Assembly: GCA_963764725.1 (NCBI GenBank)
Contig: CAVXTM010000016.1
Coordinates: forward strand, 320,001 to 384,000
Direction: 5' to 3'
From: an uncultured Gammaproteobacteria bacterium
Lineage (GTDB): Bacteria > Pseudomonadota > Gammaproteobacteria > JACCXJ01
Length of the DNA: 64,000 nucleotides
Shown here: positions 29,410-41,261 of the stretch, one piece after another
Layout: every line of letters starts with the position of its first letter
Position numbering within the stretch: the first letter of the stretch is position 1
Position numbers and translations under genes: made by a program
Notes under the pieces: model-generated
Told to the model about the DNA's origin: nothing
Seen by the model: only the letters and a program-made list of their open reading frames with translations
Database searches by the model: none

Positions 29410-29733
29410 CGCGTGTAGTTCGATAGCATTGGTATGATTACCGCCAAGATCCGGCACTTCGATGATCGTGCTGTGGTCAGGTGCCCTCTGAATCTCCCGC
29501 CCCTGCGGCGTGTCCATCTCTAGACCGAGGTGGGTTCGCCACCGATGGTAAAGTACCTCCTGAGGATCCTCTGTGGGGCCGTGATCACTTCTTTAATGAG
29601 GAGGCTCCGCACGCGGCGGCGGAATCGCTCACCATAGATGGCATCGCGATCGCGAAGCAGATAGCGCGGTGCGGTTTCCCACGGAAAGGCCTCGACCATT
29701 TTTTGTCCCACCGATTGGGCCGTTGGGTGCTCC
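29410..29733 (-). mobile_element. Integrase-core (rve) transposase remnant
   Basis: EHPTAQ...EAFPWETAPRYLLRDRDAIYG...EVITAP and EVPDLGG fragments with deletions and frameshifts. Confidence 0.8.
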
Positions 29734-30268
29734 GGGAAGGACAACACAAAACACAAATTCCAACCGCATCCTGGGCATGTATTACGGGCGGCCGATTTGA
29801 TGGCTCCCATTGAAATCGCGGAAGACTTCACGCTGGGCATGCTCATGGACGCTGTCTTCTTCGACCTCGCTGCGAAGAGCACCAGTAGGAATAAATTGAC
29901 TATTGAAGAAGAGACAGAAAGAATGACGAAGGAAACCCGAGACGGTTCTCAGGCTATTTAATTAAACTAAGGTATAAATAACATGATTCGAAAGATCGGT
30001 ATTGTTGGTGCACTTATTTTCGGGCACCAGCGTTACCGGCACGAGTCCGGCGATTGGGAACGCTGAGGCAGGACTCCAGGAAGGGCCGGGCAGTCCGGCC
30101 CTTCTAGTTTAGAATTGATGTGGTCTGGCGGCGTCACCATTGATGTGCTGAACGGAGTGGAGCGTGAGCCTGGTGAGGGGTATTTGATGCACCCCAACGG
30201 TCAGATAAACGATTCCCTCTGCACAAACTGAAAGCCCCCTGCATCGTGAATAGGGCCAATCCATTCCC

Positions 30269-31759
30269 ATGAGCACGACCCCAGGGACTGTATCGGGCCC
30301 ACATTCGCCGCACCCCGACTCACCGGCCAAGCGCGGAGAGTTCGGCGGGGCGATGCCGTGGTTATTGGTGATTACCCTGGTGCTGGCTGGAGGCAGCGGC
30401 CTTTGGCTGTGGAAGGCGCACGCGCCGGACGCCGCCGTTGCTGCGCCGCAGACCTCCGGTCAGCCGGGCGGTAGTTCGGACCAGCGTCGCTTCGATAGTG
30501 CTAAGGGCACACAGCCGGTATCCGTGCAGGCCGCGCGGCGGCAGGACATCCGGGTGACGGTCGACGCCATCGGCAGCATTGCCGCGTCGAACACGGCCAT
30601 AGTGCGCGCCCAGGTCAGCGGCGTGCTGCAAAGCCTGAACTTCAGGGAAGGCCAGCAGGTCCAGGCCGGCCAGCTGCTGGCGCAGATCGACCCGCGCGCC
30701 TTCCAGGCCAGTCTGGGCCAGGCTGAGGGCGCGCTGGCGCGTGACATGGCGCAGCTGGAAGGCGCGCGGGTCGATCTCGTGCGCTACCAGGACCTATTCA
30801 CCAAAGACGCTGTCGCCAAGCAGCAGGTGGACACCCAGGAGGCGCTGGTGCGGCAGCTCGACGGCACCGTCAAGCTCGACCAGGCCGCCGTGGACAGCGC
30901 GCGGCTTCAACTGTCCTACACCCGTGTCACGGCGCCGATTGCCGGCCGGGTTGGCCTGAAGCAGGCCGACCTCGGCAACGTGGTGCAGCCCACCGACGCC
31001 AACGGCATCGTCATCATCACGCAGACGCGGCCGATTGCGCTGACCTTCGCCGTACCTGCGGCTCATGTGCCGCGGATCACCGCGCGGCTGCACGCCAGCG
31101 AGCCGCTGCCGGTCGAGGCCTGGGACAGCGGCGGCAAGACGCGGCTGGCCGTGGGCCAGGTGGCAACGCTGGACAACGCGATTGATGCGAGCACCGACAC
31201 GATCAAGGTCAAGGCGCTCTTCGCCAATGACGATGACGCGCTGTTTCCCAACCAGGCGGTGAGCGTGCGGCTGCAACTCGACGTGCTGAAGGATGTGCTG
31301 GCGGTGCCGCAGGCCGCCGTGTTGCGCGGTGCGCAGGGTTTCTACGTCTATGTGGTCAAGGCCGACCACTCGGTGAGCACGCGCGTGGTCACGCCCGGCG
31401 CGGTGGACGGCGAGTGGATGGCCGTCGAAGGCCCGCTGCAAGCCGGGGAACCGGTGGTGATTGACGGCGTTGATCGCTTGCGTGAGGGCGCCAAGGTGGA
31501 GGTGATCGCCACCGATCCACAGCAGCGCGCCGGGGCCGCTGCGCCCGCCGGCAGTGGGCGGCACGGGGGGCACGCGGCCGCAGCCGACAGCGCCCCAGGC
31601 GAACACCCACACTGGATGGACCGCGTGCCGCCAGAGATGGCCGGGAAGCTGAAAGCGATGACGTCAGCGCCGCGCCTGGTTCCAGTAGCACCGCGAGGAG
31701 TTGGGCAAGCCCAGCGGCCCCACATCGAACTGACTGTCGAACTGAGCACCGCACCATGA
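30269..31759 (+). CDS. mdtA: RND membrane fusion protein, MdtA/MuxA family
   Basis: N-terminal [51 protein letters not shown]. Confidence 0.9.
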   Translation: MSTTPGTVSGPHSPHPDSPAKRGEFGGAMPWLLVITLVLAGGSGLWLWKAHAPDAAVAAPQTSGQPGGSSDQRRFDSAKGTQPVSVQAARRQDIRVTVDAIGSIAASNTAIVRAQVSGVLQSLNFREGQQVQAGQLLAQIDPRAFQASLGQAEGALARDMAQLEGARVDLVRYQDLFTKDAVAKQQVDTQEALVRQLDGTVKLDQAAVDSARLQLSYTRVTAPIAGRVGLKQADLGNVVQPTDANGIVIITQTRPIALTFAVPAAHVPRITARLHASEPLPVEAWDSGGKTRLAVGQVATLDNAIDASTDTIKVKALFANDDDALFPNQAVSVRLQLDVLKDVLAVPQAAVLRGAQGFYVYVVKADHSVSTRVVTPGAVDGEWMAVEGPLQAGEPVVIDGVDRLREGAKVEVIATDPQQRAGAAAPAGSGRHGGHAAAADSAPGEHPHWMDRVPPEMAGKLKAMTSAPRLVPVAPRGVGQAQRPHIELTVELSTAP

Positions 31760-34700
31760 ACCCGTCCCGCATCTTCATCGAGCGCCCGGTAGCCACCTCG
31801 CTGCTGATGCTGGCGATCGTGTTGGCCGGGCTGCTGGCCTACCGGCTGCTGCCGCTCTCGGCGCTGCCGGAAGTTGACTACCCGACCATCCAGGTCACCA
31901 CGCTTTATCCAGGTGCGAGCCCGGATGTCATGTCCACCAACATCACCGCGCCGCTGGAGCGCCAGTTCGGCCAGATGCCGGGCCTGAACCAGATGACCAG
32001 TACCAGCTCCGACGGCGCTTCGCTGATCACCTTGCGCTTCTCGCTGGGCCTGTCGCTGGACGTGGCCGAGCAGGAAGTGCAGGCCGCCATCAATGCCGGC
32101 GCCAACCTTCTGCCCAGCGACCTGCCGGTGCCGCCGATCTATGCCAAGGTCAACCCGGCCGATGCGCCGGTGCTCACCATTGCGATCACCTCGCCGTCGC
32201 TGCCGGTGATCCAGGTGCATGACCTGGCCGAGAACCGGCTGGCGCCCAAGCTCTCGCAGGTGGACGGCGTGGGGCTAATCAGTATCGCCGGTGGCCGGCG
32301 GCGGGCGGTGCGCATCCAGGCCGATCCACAAAAACTCGCCTCGCTAGGCCTCGCGCTCGACGATGTGCGCAGCGCCATCGTCGCGGCCAACGTCAACGAG
32401 GCCAAGGGCAGCTTCGATGGCGCGCAGCGCGCCTCCACCCTCGACGCCAACGACCAGCTCAAGTCGGCGGCCGAATACCAGAATCTCATCATCGCCTGGA
32501 ACAACGGCAAGCCGCTGCGGCTCAAGGATGTCGCGCAGATTGTTGACGACGCCGAGAACCTGCGTCTGGCCGCCTGGTCCGACCGCGCGCCCGGCGTCAT
32601 CCTCAACGTGCAGCGCCAGCCCGGCGCCAACGTCATCGAGACCGTGGATCGTGTCAAGGCGCTGCTGCCCAAGCTGCAGGCGGGGCTGCCGGCCTCGGTG
32701 GACGTGCAGATCATCGCCGACCGCACCACCACCATCCGCGCCTCGGTGGACGATACCGAGTTCGAGCTGCTGCTGGCGGTGGCGCTGGTGGTCATGGTGA
32801 TCTTCCTGTTCCTGCGCAGCGCCAGCGCCACGGTGATTCCGAGCGTGGCGGTGCCGCTGTCGCTGGTGGGCACTTTTGGCGTGCTCTACCTGGCGGGATT
32901 TTCGATCAACAACCTGACGCTGATGGCGCTGACCATCTCCACCGGCTTCGTGGTGGACGACGCCATCGTGATGATCGAGAACATCGCCCGCTATGTCGAG
33001 AAAGGCGATTCACCGATTCAGGCCGCACTGAAGGGCAGCCAGCAGATCGGCTTCACCATCATCTCGCTGACGGTATCGCTGATCGCGGTGCTGATCCCGC
33101 TGCTGTTCATGGGCGATGTGGTGGGCCGGCTGTTCCACGAGTTCGCCATCACGCTGGCGGTGGCGATCCTGATCTCGGCCTTCGTCTCGCTGACACTGAC
33201 ACCGATGATGAGCGCGCGGCTGCTGCGCCCGGAGCGCGAGCGCCGCCAGACGCGCCTGGGCGCCTGGATCGGCCGCGCGTTCGAACGGCTGATCGCGTCC
33301 TACGGCCGCGCTCTCGACTGGGTGCTGGACCGGCGGCGCGCGACGCTGCTGGTTTTTGCCGTCACGCTGGGACTGACCGGGGTGCTCTACTTGGCGGTGC
33401 CCAAGGGCTTCTTTCCCTTGCAGGACACCGGGCTGATCCAGGTCATCACCGAGGCCACGCAGACCACCTCGTTCGATGCCATGTCCAGGCGCCAGCAGGC
33501 GCTGGCCGACGCCATTCTCAAGGATCCGGACGTTGACCACCTCGCGTCCTTCATCGGCGTGGACGGCGCCAACCCCACGCTCAACACCGGGCGCATGCAG
33601 ATCACGCTCAAGCCTTTCGCCGAACGCGATGCGTCGGCATCGGAAATCATCCGCCGTCTCGCCGAGGCGACCGCGCATGTGCCGGGCATCACCGCCTACA
33701 TGCAGCCGGTGCAGGACCTGACCATCGAAGATCGCGTGTCGAAAACGCAGTACCAGTTCCTGCTCAGCTCGCCCAGCTCGGACGATCTGGCTACCGCGAC
33801 GAACCGGCTGCTGGAACGTTTGAAGACGCTGCCGCAGCTGGCCGACGTTGCCAGCGACCTGCAGGACGAGGGCCTGCAAGCCTATGTGCAGATTGACCGC
33901 GAGGCCGCCGGACGGCTGGGTGTCACCGTCGCGGCGATCGACACCGCGCTCTACAACGCCTTCGGCCAGCGGCTGATCTCGACCATCTACACGCAAGCCA
34001 GCCAATACCGCGTGGTGCTGGAGGCGGCAGCAGAGTTCCGGCGCGGCCCGCGCGCGCTCGAAGGCCTGTATGTGCCCGGCAGCACGACCGCCGCCAACGG
34101 CGTTGCCACCACGGTGCAGGTGCCGCTGGCCTCGGTGGCGCAGATCGTCGAGCGGCCGGTGGCGCTGACGATCAACCATGTGGCGCAGTTCCCGTCGGCC
34201 ACCGTGTCGTTCAACCTGGCCCCCGGCGCTGCGCTTGGCCACGCCGTGGATGCGATCAAGGCCGAGGAGGCCAAGCTCGATCTGCCGCCCAGCTTGGAGA
34301 CCAGCTTCCAGGGCGCGGCCGAGGCCTTTCGCGCCTCCCTGTCCAGCACGCTACTGCTGATCCTGGCGGCGGTGGTCACGATGTACATCGTGTTGGGCGT
34401 GCTCTACGAGAGCTACATCCACCCGATCACCATCCTTTCCACGCTGCCGTCGGCGGGCCTGGGCGCGCTGCTAGCGCTACTGGTGGCGGGTCAAGACCTG
34501 GGCGTGGTCGGCATCATCGGCATCGTGCTCTTGATCGGCATCGTCAAGAAGAACGCGATCATGATGATTGACTTCGCACTCTATGCCGAACGCGAACAGG
34601 GATTGCCGCCGCGCGAGGCGATCCACCGAGCCTGTCTGCTGCGCTTCAGGCCGATCCTGATGACGACGATGGCCGCGCTGTTCAGCGCCTTGCCCCTGAT

Positions 34701-34896
34701 GCTCGGCACTGGCGTAGGCCACGAGTTGCGCCATCCGCTAGGCGTGACCATGGTCGGCGGCCTGATCGTCAGTCAACTGCTGACCCTGTTCACCACGCCC
34801 GTGATCTACCTCGGCTTCGCGCAACAGGCGCAGCGGCTCAAGGCCTGGCGTAAACGGCGTGCAGTGATTCGCACGGCTGGGGAAGGCGCGGCATGA
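31756..34896 (+). CDS. mdtB: RND efflux permease MdtB/MuxB
   Basis: [43 protein letters not shown]. Confidence 0.94.
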   Translation: MNPSRIFIERPVATSLLMLAIVLAGLLAYRLLPLSALPEVDYPTIQVTTLYPGASPDVMSTNITAPLERQFGQMPGLNQMTSTSSDGASLITLRFSLGLSLDVAEQEVQAAINAGANLLPSDLPVPPIYAKVNPADAPVLTIAITSPSLPVIQVHDLAENRLAPKLSQVDGVGLISIAGGRRRAVRIQADPQKLASLGLALDDVRSAIVAANVNEAKGSFDGAQRASTLDANDQLKSAAEYQNLIIAWNNGKPLRLKDVAQIVDDAENLRLAAWSDRAPGVILNVQRQPGANVIETVDRVKALLPKLQAGLPASVDVQIIADRTTTIRASVDDTEFELLLAVALVVMVIFLFLRSASATVIPSVAVPLSLVGTFGVLYLAGFSINNLTLMALTISTGFVVDDAIVMIENIARYVEKGDSPIQAALKGSQQIGFTIISLTVSLIAVLIPLLFMGDVVGRLFHEFAITLAVAILISAFVSLTLTPMMSARLLRPERERRQTRLGAWIGRAFERLIASYGRALDWVLDRRRATLLVFAVTLGLTGVLYLAVPKGFFPLQDTGLIQVITEATQTTSFDAMSRRQQALADAILKDPDVDHLASFIGVDGANPTLNTGRMQITLKPFAERDASASEIIRRLAEATAHVPGITAYMQPVQDLTIEDRVSKTQYQFLLSSPSSDDLATATNRLLERLKTLPQLADVASDLQDEGLQAYVQIDREAAGRLGVTVAAIDTALYNAFGQRLISTIYTQASQYRVVLEAAAEFRRGPRALEGLYVPGSTTAANGVATTVQVPLASVAQIVERPVALTINHVAQFPSATVSFNLAPGAALGHAVDAIKAEEAKLDLPPSLETSFQGAAEAFRASLSSTLLLILAAVVTMYIVLGVLYESYIHPITILSTLPSAGLGALLALLVAGQDLGVVGIIGIVLLIGIVKKNAIMMIDFALYAEREQGLPPREAIHRACLLRFRPILMTTMAALFSALPLMLGTGVGHELRHPLGVTMVGGLIVSQLLTLFTTPVIYLGFAQQAQRLKAWRKRRAVIRTAGEGAA

Positions 34897-37800
34897 ACAT
34901 CTCGGCGCCCTTCATCGCGCGGCCGGTGGCCACCACGCTGATCACGCTCGGCGTGGCACTGGCCGGCGCGCTCGGCTACCAGTTGCTGCCGATCGCGTCG
35001 CTGCCGCAGGTGGACTTCCCGACCATCTCGGTCAGCGCCTCGCTGCCCGGCGCCAGTCCCGATACGATGGCGGCAACGGTGTCCGCGCCGCTGGAGCGGG
35101 CGTTGGGCAGCATCGCCGGGGTCAACGAGATCACCTCGCGCTCTTCGCTGGGCTCGACCAGCATCACCTTGCAGTTCGATCTGAGCCGCGACATCAACGG
35201 CGCGGCGCGCGATGTGCAGGCCGCGATCAACGCTGCGCGCACGCTGTTGCCCAGCGGGCTGCCGAGCAACCCGACCTACCGCAAGGTCAATCCGGCCGAT
35301 GCGCCGATCATGATCCTCTCGCTCACCTCGGTGACCTTGACGCGCGGCCAGATGTACGACGCCGCATCCACCGTGTTGGCGCAGCGGCTGTCGCAAGTGG
35401 AAGGCGTGGGCCAGGTCACGGTCGGCGGCGGTGCACTGCCGGCGGTGCGGGTGGAGTTGAACCCGGAAACTGGCAAGCAATGGCATCGCGCTGGACAACA
35501 TTCGCGTGGCGCTGACGGCCACCAACGCCAACCGGCCGAAGGGTTCGTTGGAACAGAACGGCCGCAGCTGGCAGATCGGCTCCAACGACCAGGCGCGCAG
35601 CGCCGCCGAATACGCGCCCGTTCTGCTGAGTTACCGCGACGGCGCGGCCGTGCGGCTGCGCGATGTCGCGCAAGTTACCGACTCAGTGCAGGATGTGCGC
35701 AACTACGGCGTCACCAACGGCGAACCCGCCATCGTGCTGCTGGTGCAGAAGCAGCCGGGCGCCAACGTCATCGAAACCGTGCAGCGTGTGCGCGCACTGC
35801 TGCCGCGCTTGCAGGCATCGATTCCGCAGGCAATTGACCTCGCCGTCATCAGCGACCGCACGCCCACCATCCGCGCCTCGCTGCGCGAGGTCGAACACGC
35901 GCTGGCGATCTCGGTGGGCCTCGTGATCCTGGTGGTGCTGCTGTTCCTGCGCAGTTGGCGCGCGACGCTGCTGCCGGCCATCGCCGTGCCGGTGTCGCTG
36001 GCCGGAACGCTCGGCGTGATGTATCTCTGCGGCTTCAGCCTGGACAATCTCTCGGCGATGGCGCTGACGGTGGCCGCCGGCTTCGTGGTGGACGATGCCA
36101 TCGTGGTGTCGGAGAACATCAGCCGCCACATCGAGCAGGGCCTCTCCCCGCGCGAGGCGGCGCTCAAGGGCGCACGCGAGATCGGCTTCACGGTGGTGTC
36201 CATCAGCCTGTCGCTGGTGGCGGTGTTCATCCCGATTCTGCTGATGGGCGGCATCGTCGGGCGGCTGTTCCGCGAGTTCGCGGTGGTGTTGTCGGTGGCA
36301 ATCCTGGTCTCCATGCTGGTGTCGCTGACCACCACGCCGATGATGGCGGCTACGCTCCTGAAGGAGCGCACAGAACAGCGTGCAAGGGGCCGTCTGGCGC
36401 GGGCACTTACCCGCGCGAGCCGCGCCGTAGTGCGCGGCTATCGCCGCTCGCTGATGTGGACGCTGCGCCACCAGCCGGTGGCCATCGCGGCACTGCTGGC
36501 GGTGGTGGCGTTGAACGTAACCCTCTACGCGACGATTCCTAAGACCTTCTTCCCGCAGGAGGACACCGGGGTGCTCACCGGCAGCGTGCAGGCCGACCAG
36601 GGCAGTTCGTTCCAGCAGATGCGCGAGCGGTTGGACAAGTTCATGGCCATTGTCCAGGCCGACCCGGCGGTGGCTACCGTCAGCGGCTTTACTGGCGGCG
36701 GCCAGCGTAATTCGGCCAATTTCCACATCACCCTCAAGCCGCTGGCCGAACGCAAGGTTTCCGCGGATGCTGTGGTGGCGCGCCTGCGCGCCGAGCTTGC
36801 GCACGAGCCGGGTGCGAACCTGACCCTGGTGCCGGTGCAGGACATCCGCGTCGGCGGCCGGCAGGCCGACGCCCAATATCAATACACGCTACAGGCCGAC
36901 GAAGCCGATACCCTGCGCAGCTGGGAGCCGCGCGTGCGCAACGCGCTGTCGCTCCTTTCCGAGCTGACTGACGTCAGCACCGACCAGCAGGACACCGGCC
37001 TGCAGACCTCGCTAGTGATTGACCGCGACGCCGCCGCGCGCCTGGACGTTACGGTGAGCAATCTCGACACCACACTGAACGACGCCTTCGGCCAGCGCCA
37101 GGTGGGCGTGATCTACAACCCGCTCAATCAGTACCGGGTGGTGATGGAGCTGGCCCCTGAGTTCCTGCAAGGCCCGGAGACGCTCAAGCGGCTCTACCTC
37201 ACTAGCACCGCGGGCGCGCAGGTGCCGCTTGCGGCCTTTGCACGGGTGGAGACCACCAACACGCCGCTCGCGGTCAACCACCAGAGCGGCACGCCTGCCT
37301 CCACCATCAGCTTCAACCTGCCGCCGGGGGTGTCGCTGTCGCAGGCCACCGGGGCCATCGACAACGCGCTGGCCGAGCTGGGACTGCCGCTGTCGGTGCG
37401 CGGCAGTTTTCAGGGTACCGCCCACGCCTTTCAGCAGTCACTGGACTCGCAACCACTGCTGATCCTCGCGGCCCTCGTCACGATTTACCTGGTGCTCGGA
37501 ATGCTTTACGAGAGCCTGATCCATCCCGTCACCATCCTCTCGACGCTGCCTTCGGCGGGCGTCGGCGCGCTGCTGGCGCTGATGCTGTTCAAGACCGATT
37601 TCTCGATCATCGCCTTGCTCGGCGTGATTCTCTTGATCGGCATCGTCAAGAAGAACGCGATCATGATGATTGACTTCGCCATCGTGCGGCAGCGCGCCGG
37701 TCATGCCCGCGCCGGCGCGGCGATCTTTCGGGCTGCCAATCTGCGCCTCCGCCCGATCCTGATGACGACCGCGGCGGCGATCTTCGGGGCGGTGCCGCTC

Positions 37801-37980
37801 GCTCTCGGCACCGGCGACGGCGCCGAGCTGCGCCAGCCGCTGGGCATCGCCATCGTCGGCGGGCTCATCCTGAGCCAGTTGCTCACGCTCTACACCACGC
37901 CGGTGGTGTTCGTGCTGATGGATCGCTTGCGCTGGCGCAGGCCCCGGCGCGGCGCTTTCGCCAAGCTTGCACCCGCGTAG
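34893..37980 (+). pseudogene. mdtC: RND efflux permease MdtC/MuxC with a single frameshift near 35466-35469
   Basis: ORF 34893 ([14 protein letters not shown]...VELNPE) continues in the frame of ORF 35506 ([12 protein letters not shown]...) after GAA-A-CTG. Confidence 0.88.
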
Positions 37981-37987
37981 GCCCTCC

Positions 37988-38113
37988 ATGAACTTCCCCA
38001 TCCAACGCACTTTGTTGCTACTGACGGCCAGCCTGCTGCTCACCGCCTGCGCCCTGACCCGTGTCGAACCGCCGCCGCCTGTGACAGCACCAACAGCGGA
38101 GGCCCGCGTATGA
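37988..38113 (+). pseudogene. 41-codon lipoprotein stub, probable remnant of the original outer-membrane factor gene
   Basis: MNFPIQRTLLLLTASLLLTAC lipobox and Pro-rich linker; stop overlaps the ATG of the next gene. Confidence 0.6.
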
Positions 38114-39603
38114 AAAACAACTATTCAATCGCGAACGGCAGGTGTCGGTTCGGAGTTCCTTTACTGCTTGTGAGTGCGCTGTTCACTGGTTGCGCCGTCG
38201 GACCGGATTACCATCGCCCATTTGCGCTGGCTGCGAATCCCATGCCCGCTGCGTTCGGGGACGCAACCATCACCAACGTCGGCAATTGGAAAACTGCCGA
38301 GCCGTCTGCGCACTTGCCGCGCGGCGCTTGGTGGAAGCTTTACGGCGACCCGGAGTTGAATCGGCTCGAAACGCTCGCCGCCACGAGCAACCAGCAGATT
38401 GCCGTCGCGCTCGCCAACTACGAACAGGCCCGCGCCTCAGTGACCGTCGCACGGGCGGATTTCTTCCCACAGATTTCCAGTCCGTGGTCCGCAACCCGTC
38501 AGCGCACGAGCGCGAACGCCTCGCCCACCAGCGCCGTAACCGGGAAAAGCACCACGTTCGACATGTTCAACGTCTCCGGGGATGCAAGTTGGGAGCTGGA
38601 TTTGTGGGGACGCATTCGCCGCGAAGTCGAAGGCGCGCGCGCCACATTCACCGCGTCCTCCGATGATCTCGAATCCGCGAAACTTTCCGTGCAGGCCCAG
38701 GTGGCGATTGATTACTTCACGTTACGCGCGCTCGACGCGCAATCGGATTTGTTCGCCCAAACCGTCGCCGCTTACCAACGGGCGCTCGAATTGACGCAAT
38801 ATCGCCACAAGGCGGGCGTCGCCAGCGGCCTCGACGTTTCGCAGGCGGAGACCCAGCTCAAGAGCACGAGAGCGCAAATCCCGGCGGTGGATCTGCAACG
38901 CGCACAATTGCGTCACGCCCTCGCTGTCCTGTGCGGTCAGGTGGCAACAACATTCGCGCTCGCCCCGAACACGGTCGCGTCAACGAACCTGCCGGCGATT
39001 CCCGTCGCTGTGCCAAGCGAATGGCTGGAGAGCCGTCCGGACATTTCTGCCGCTGAGCGCCGCATGGCCGCCGCCAACGCAAACATCGGTGTGGCCAAGG
39101 CGGCGTTTTATCCGCGCGTGTTGCTCATCGGCTCGGGCGGTTTTGAATCCATCAGCGCCAGCGACTTGTTCACTTGGCCCAGCCATCTGTGGGCCATCGG
39201 ACCGACGCTGCAATTGCCGATCTTCACGGGCGGGCGCAATCGTGCACAGCTTGCGTCGGCTCGCGCGGCCTACGATGGCACGGTCGCAACCTACCGGCAG
39301 ACGGTGCTCACGGCCTTTCAGGACGTGGAGGATCAGCTTGCCGCACAACTTCTGCTCGCACAGCAACTCGACGAGGAAAATGCCGCGCTGGCCTCGGCAC
39401 AGCGCACGCTGGACATCTCGAAACACCGCTACAAGGCAGGTGTGGAACAATACCTCGACGTCATCATCGCTCAGACCACTGAGTTGACCCTCAAGCAGAA
39501 CGTAGTTCAACTCAACGGGCAAAAGCTCGCCGCAAGCGTATCGCTCATCAAGGCGTTGGGCGCGGGTTGGCAACCAACTTCCACCACGAGCGCGGGGCGG
39601 TGA
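38110..39603 (+). CDS. RND outer-membrane factor lipoprotein (NodT/OprM family)
   Basis: FTGCAVGPDY lipobox, SWELDLWGR, RPDISAAERR, AFQDVED, LIKALGAGW. Confidence 0.93.
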   Translation: MKNNYSIANGRCRFGVPLLLVSALFTGCAVGPDYHRPFALAANPMPAAFGDATITNVGNWKTAEPSAHLPRGAWWKLYGDPELNRLETLAATSNQQIAVALANYEQARASVTVARADFFPQISSPWSATRQRTSANASPTSAVTGKSTTFDMFNVSGDASWELDLWGRIRREVEGARATFTASSDDLESAKLSVQAQVAIDYFTLRALDAQSDLFAQTVAAYQRALELTQYRHKAGVASGLDVSQAETQLKSTRAQIPAVDLQRAQLRHALAVLCGQVATTFALAPNTVASTNLPAIPVAVPSEWLESRPDISAAERRMAAANANIGVAKAAFYPRVLLIGSGGFESISASDLFTWPSHLWAIGPTLQLPIFTGGRNRAQLASARAAYDGTVATYRQTVLTAFQDVEDQLAAQLLLAQQLDEENAALASAQRTLDISKHRYKAGVEQYLDVIIAQTTELTLKQNVVQLNGQKLAASVSLIKALGAGWQPTSTTSAGR

Positions 39604-40441
39604 GCGCGCCCGCAGACCGATTGATTGTGGAGGATGGGTGATCTCCTTTCGCTCTACCATTGCCCTTCGGCCCAGTGCTCTTCTTAGAACGAACAAGGAT
39701 GCGCTGGTGCTTGCGGTCGAATGTGGGCTGCTGGCCGTACGGGTGGAATCAAAAAAGCTGGGACTTTGTGGGCGCTCCAGAGTTGAGTGGGTTTTGGGAA
39801 AACCTCATCTCGATTTCGAGAACGACGAAGCAAACTCCAGCGTCTGCTTAGGTTGAAGGAAGCATGCTCCGTTCTTGCAAACGCCTCTTTTGGGTGGTTG
39901 GCAAGCTAGAGAATCCGTCTCCACAGGGAAAACCACTTCGCAATCTTCCCGTCTGACTCCAGCGGCGGCAAGGACACGCGTCGGAATCCCCGCTCGCAGT
40001 GGACGAGCACGCACTCGTGGTCGCGGAGATTGCGGACTTTCGCGGTTTGATTTTGTGTTCTTCGATCTCGGAGTAATTGACGTTCCGCTTGCCGGCACTG
40101 AATCCCCATGAGCGTTTCGCCACCCGCTTCTTTGCTCCCCCCCTCGGCGTGTCTTCATTCTTCCTGAAGGACGTCCGCCTCATTAGCCGCGCTTAGGCGC
40201 GAAGGGCTAAACACCGGCACGCTGGCCATTGAGTTTGAACAGGCATTCCACGAACCAACTATTCGCTGGCGATGCGTGCGACGTGCCCGGCGGGGGAATT
40301 CCCTCCGCCGGTTTGTTTTGCCCGTTATTCGCGTTCGACATGAAAACTCCGCAGCCGCCGGCTGTAGGCAGTGCTGACGGATTTCACAGCACCGGCGCTT
40401 CAAGTAAACTCAGGGTTGTTCCCATCACCCAGAGAGCGCAC

Positions 40442-41011
40442 ATGAATCGATCCAAACCCCTGAACTACCTGGAGGCCGCGGCCCGCTGGTTCGGGCGCAG
40501 AACGGACGACCTCGACAGCGCTACACGCAAGGCACTCGACCGCGCCGCGCGCCGCCAGACGCTGACTGAAGACCCTAATCGCAAGCTAGACGAGCAGGCC
40601 ACCTTCGGCGAGCGGATGGCCGACCGCGTGGCTCAAATCGGCGGGTCCTGGACCTTTATCACGATCTTCGGCCTGTTCCTGCTCGGTTGGGCGGTGCTCA
40701 ATACCGAAATCCTCGGCAAGACCGCCTTCGACCCTTACCCCTATATTTTTCTCAACCTGATTCTGTCCATGCTCGCTGCCATCCAGGCGCCGATCATCAT
40801 GATGAGCCAGAGCCGTCTGGCGGTGAAGGACCGGCAGATGGCGGCCCACGATTACGAGGTGAATCTGAAAACCGAGATCGAGATCATGGCGCTGCACGAA
40901 AAGATGGATGCGATGCGTTCGGAGCATCTGATGACAATCGTTGCACAACAGCAGACGCAGATTGAGCTGATGACGCGGTTGCTGCAACAGTCCAATTCTC
41001 GCGACGCCTGA
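40442..41011 (+). CDS. DUF1003 family membrane protein
   Basis: ADRVAQIGGSWTFI, FDPYPYIFLNL, QAPIIMMSQ, DYEVNLK. Confidence 0.9.
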   Translation: MNRSKPLNYLEAAARWFGRRTDDLDSATRKALDRAARRQTLTEDPNRKLDEQATFGERMADRVAQIGGSWTFITIFGLFLLGWAVLNTEILGKTAFDPYPYIFLNLILSMLAAIQAPIIMMSQSRLAVKDRQMAAHDYEVNLKTEIEIMALHEKMDAMRSEHLMTIVAQQQTQIELMTRLLQQSNSRDA

Positions 41012-41261
41012 CAAGAGGGGACTGAACGATGGGCAAAAGACACTCCGACCGCCATTCGGGAAAACGCGGCGGCTGGTTGCGGGCAGCAGCCATGACCACG
41101 GTGCTGCTCGTCTTTCAGCTAGGTCAATCCAGAATCTTTTTTGCCATTCCGCTGCAGGCGACAAGTGCTGATTTCTCCGTCGCGATGGTCGCTCTTACCT
41201 AATCACGAACCGTTCCCCTGAAGACTTGAAGCAGCTTTGTTGGGACCGGATCTTCTGCAAA

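Noticed and set aside
35460-35475. Programmed ribosomal frameshift in mdtC
   Set aside because: There is no X XXY YYZ slippery heptamer, and I know of no precedent for RND permeases; mutation or sequencing error is simpler
240-37425. Long antisense or alternate-frame ORFs (e.g. 240-935, 20605-21513, 33010-34242, 35683-36882)
   Set aside because: They are shadow ORFs expected from GC-rich codon bias, overlap well-supported genes and have no motifs
39604-40440. ORFs 39805-40158, 39848-40183 and 40155-40403 between the OMF and DUF1003 genes
   Set aside because: No motifs or SD and biased composition; possibly eroded gene debris, but it cannot be assigned
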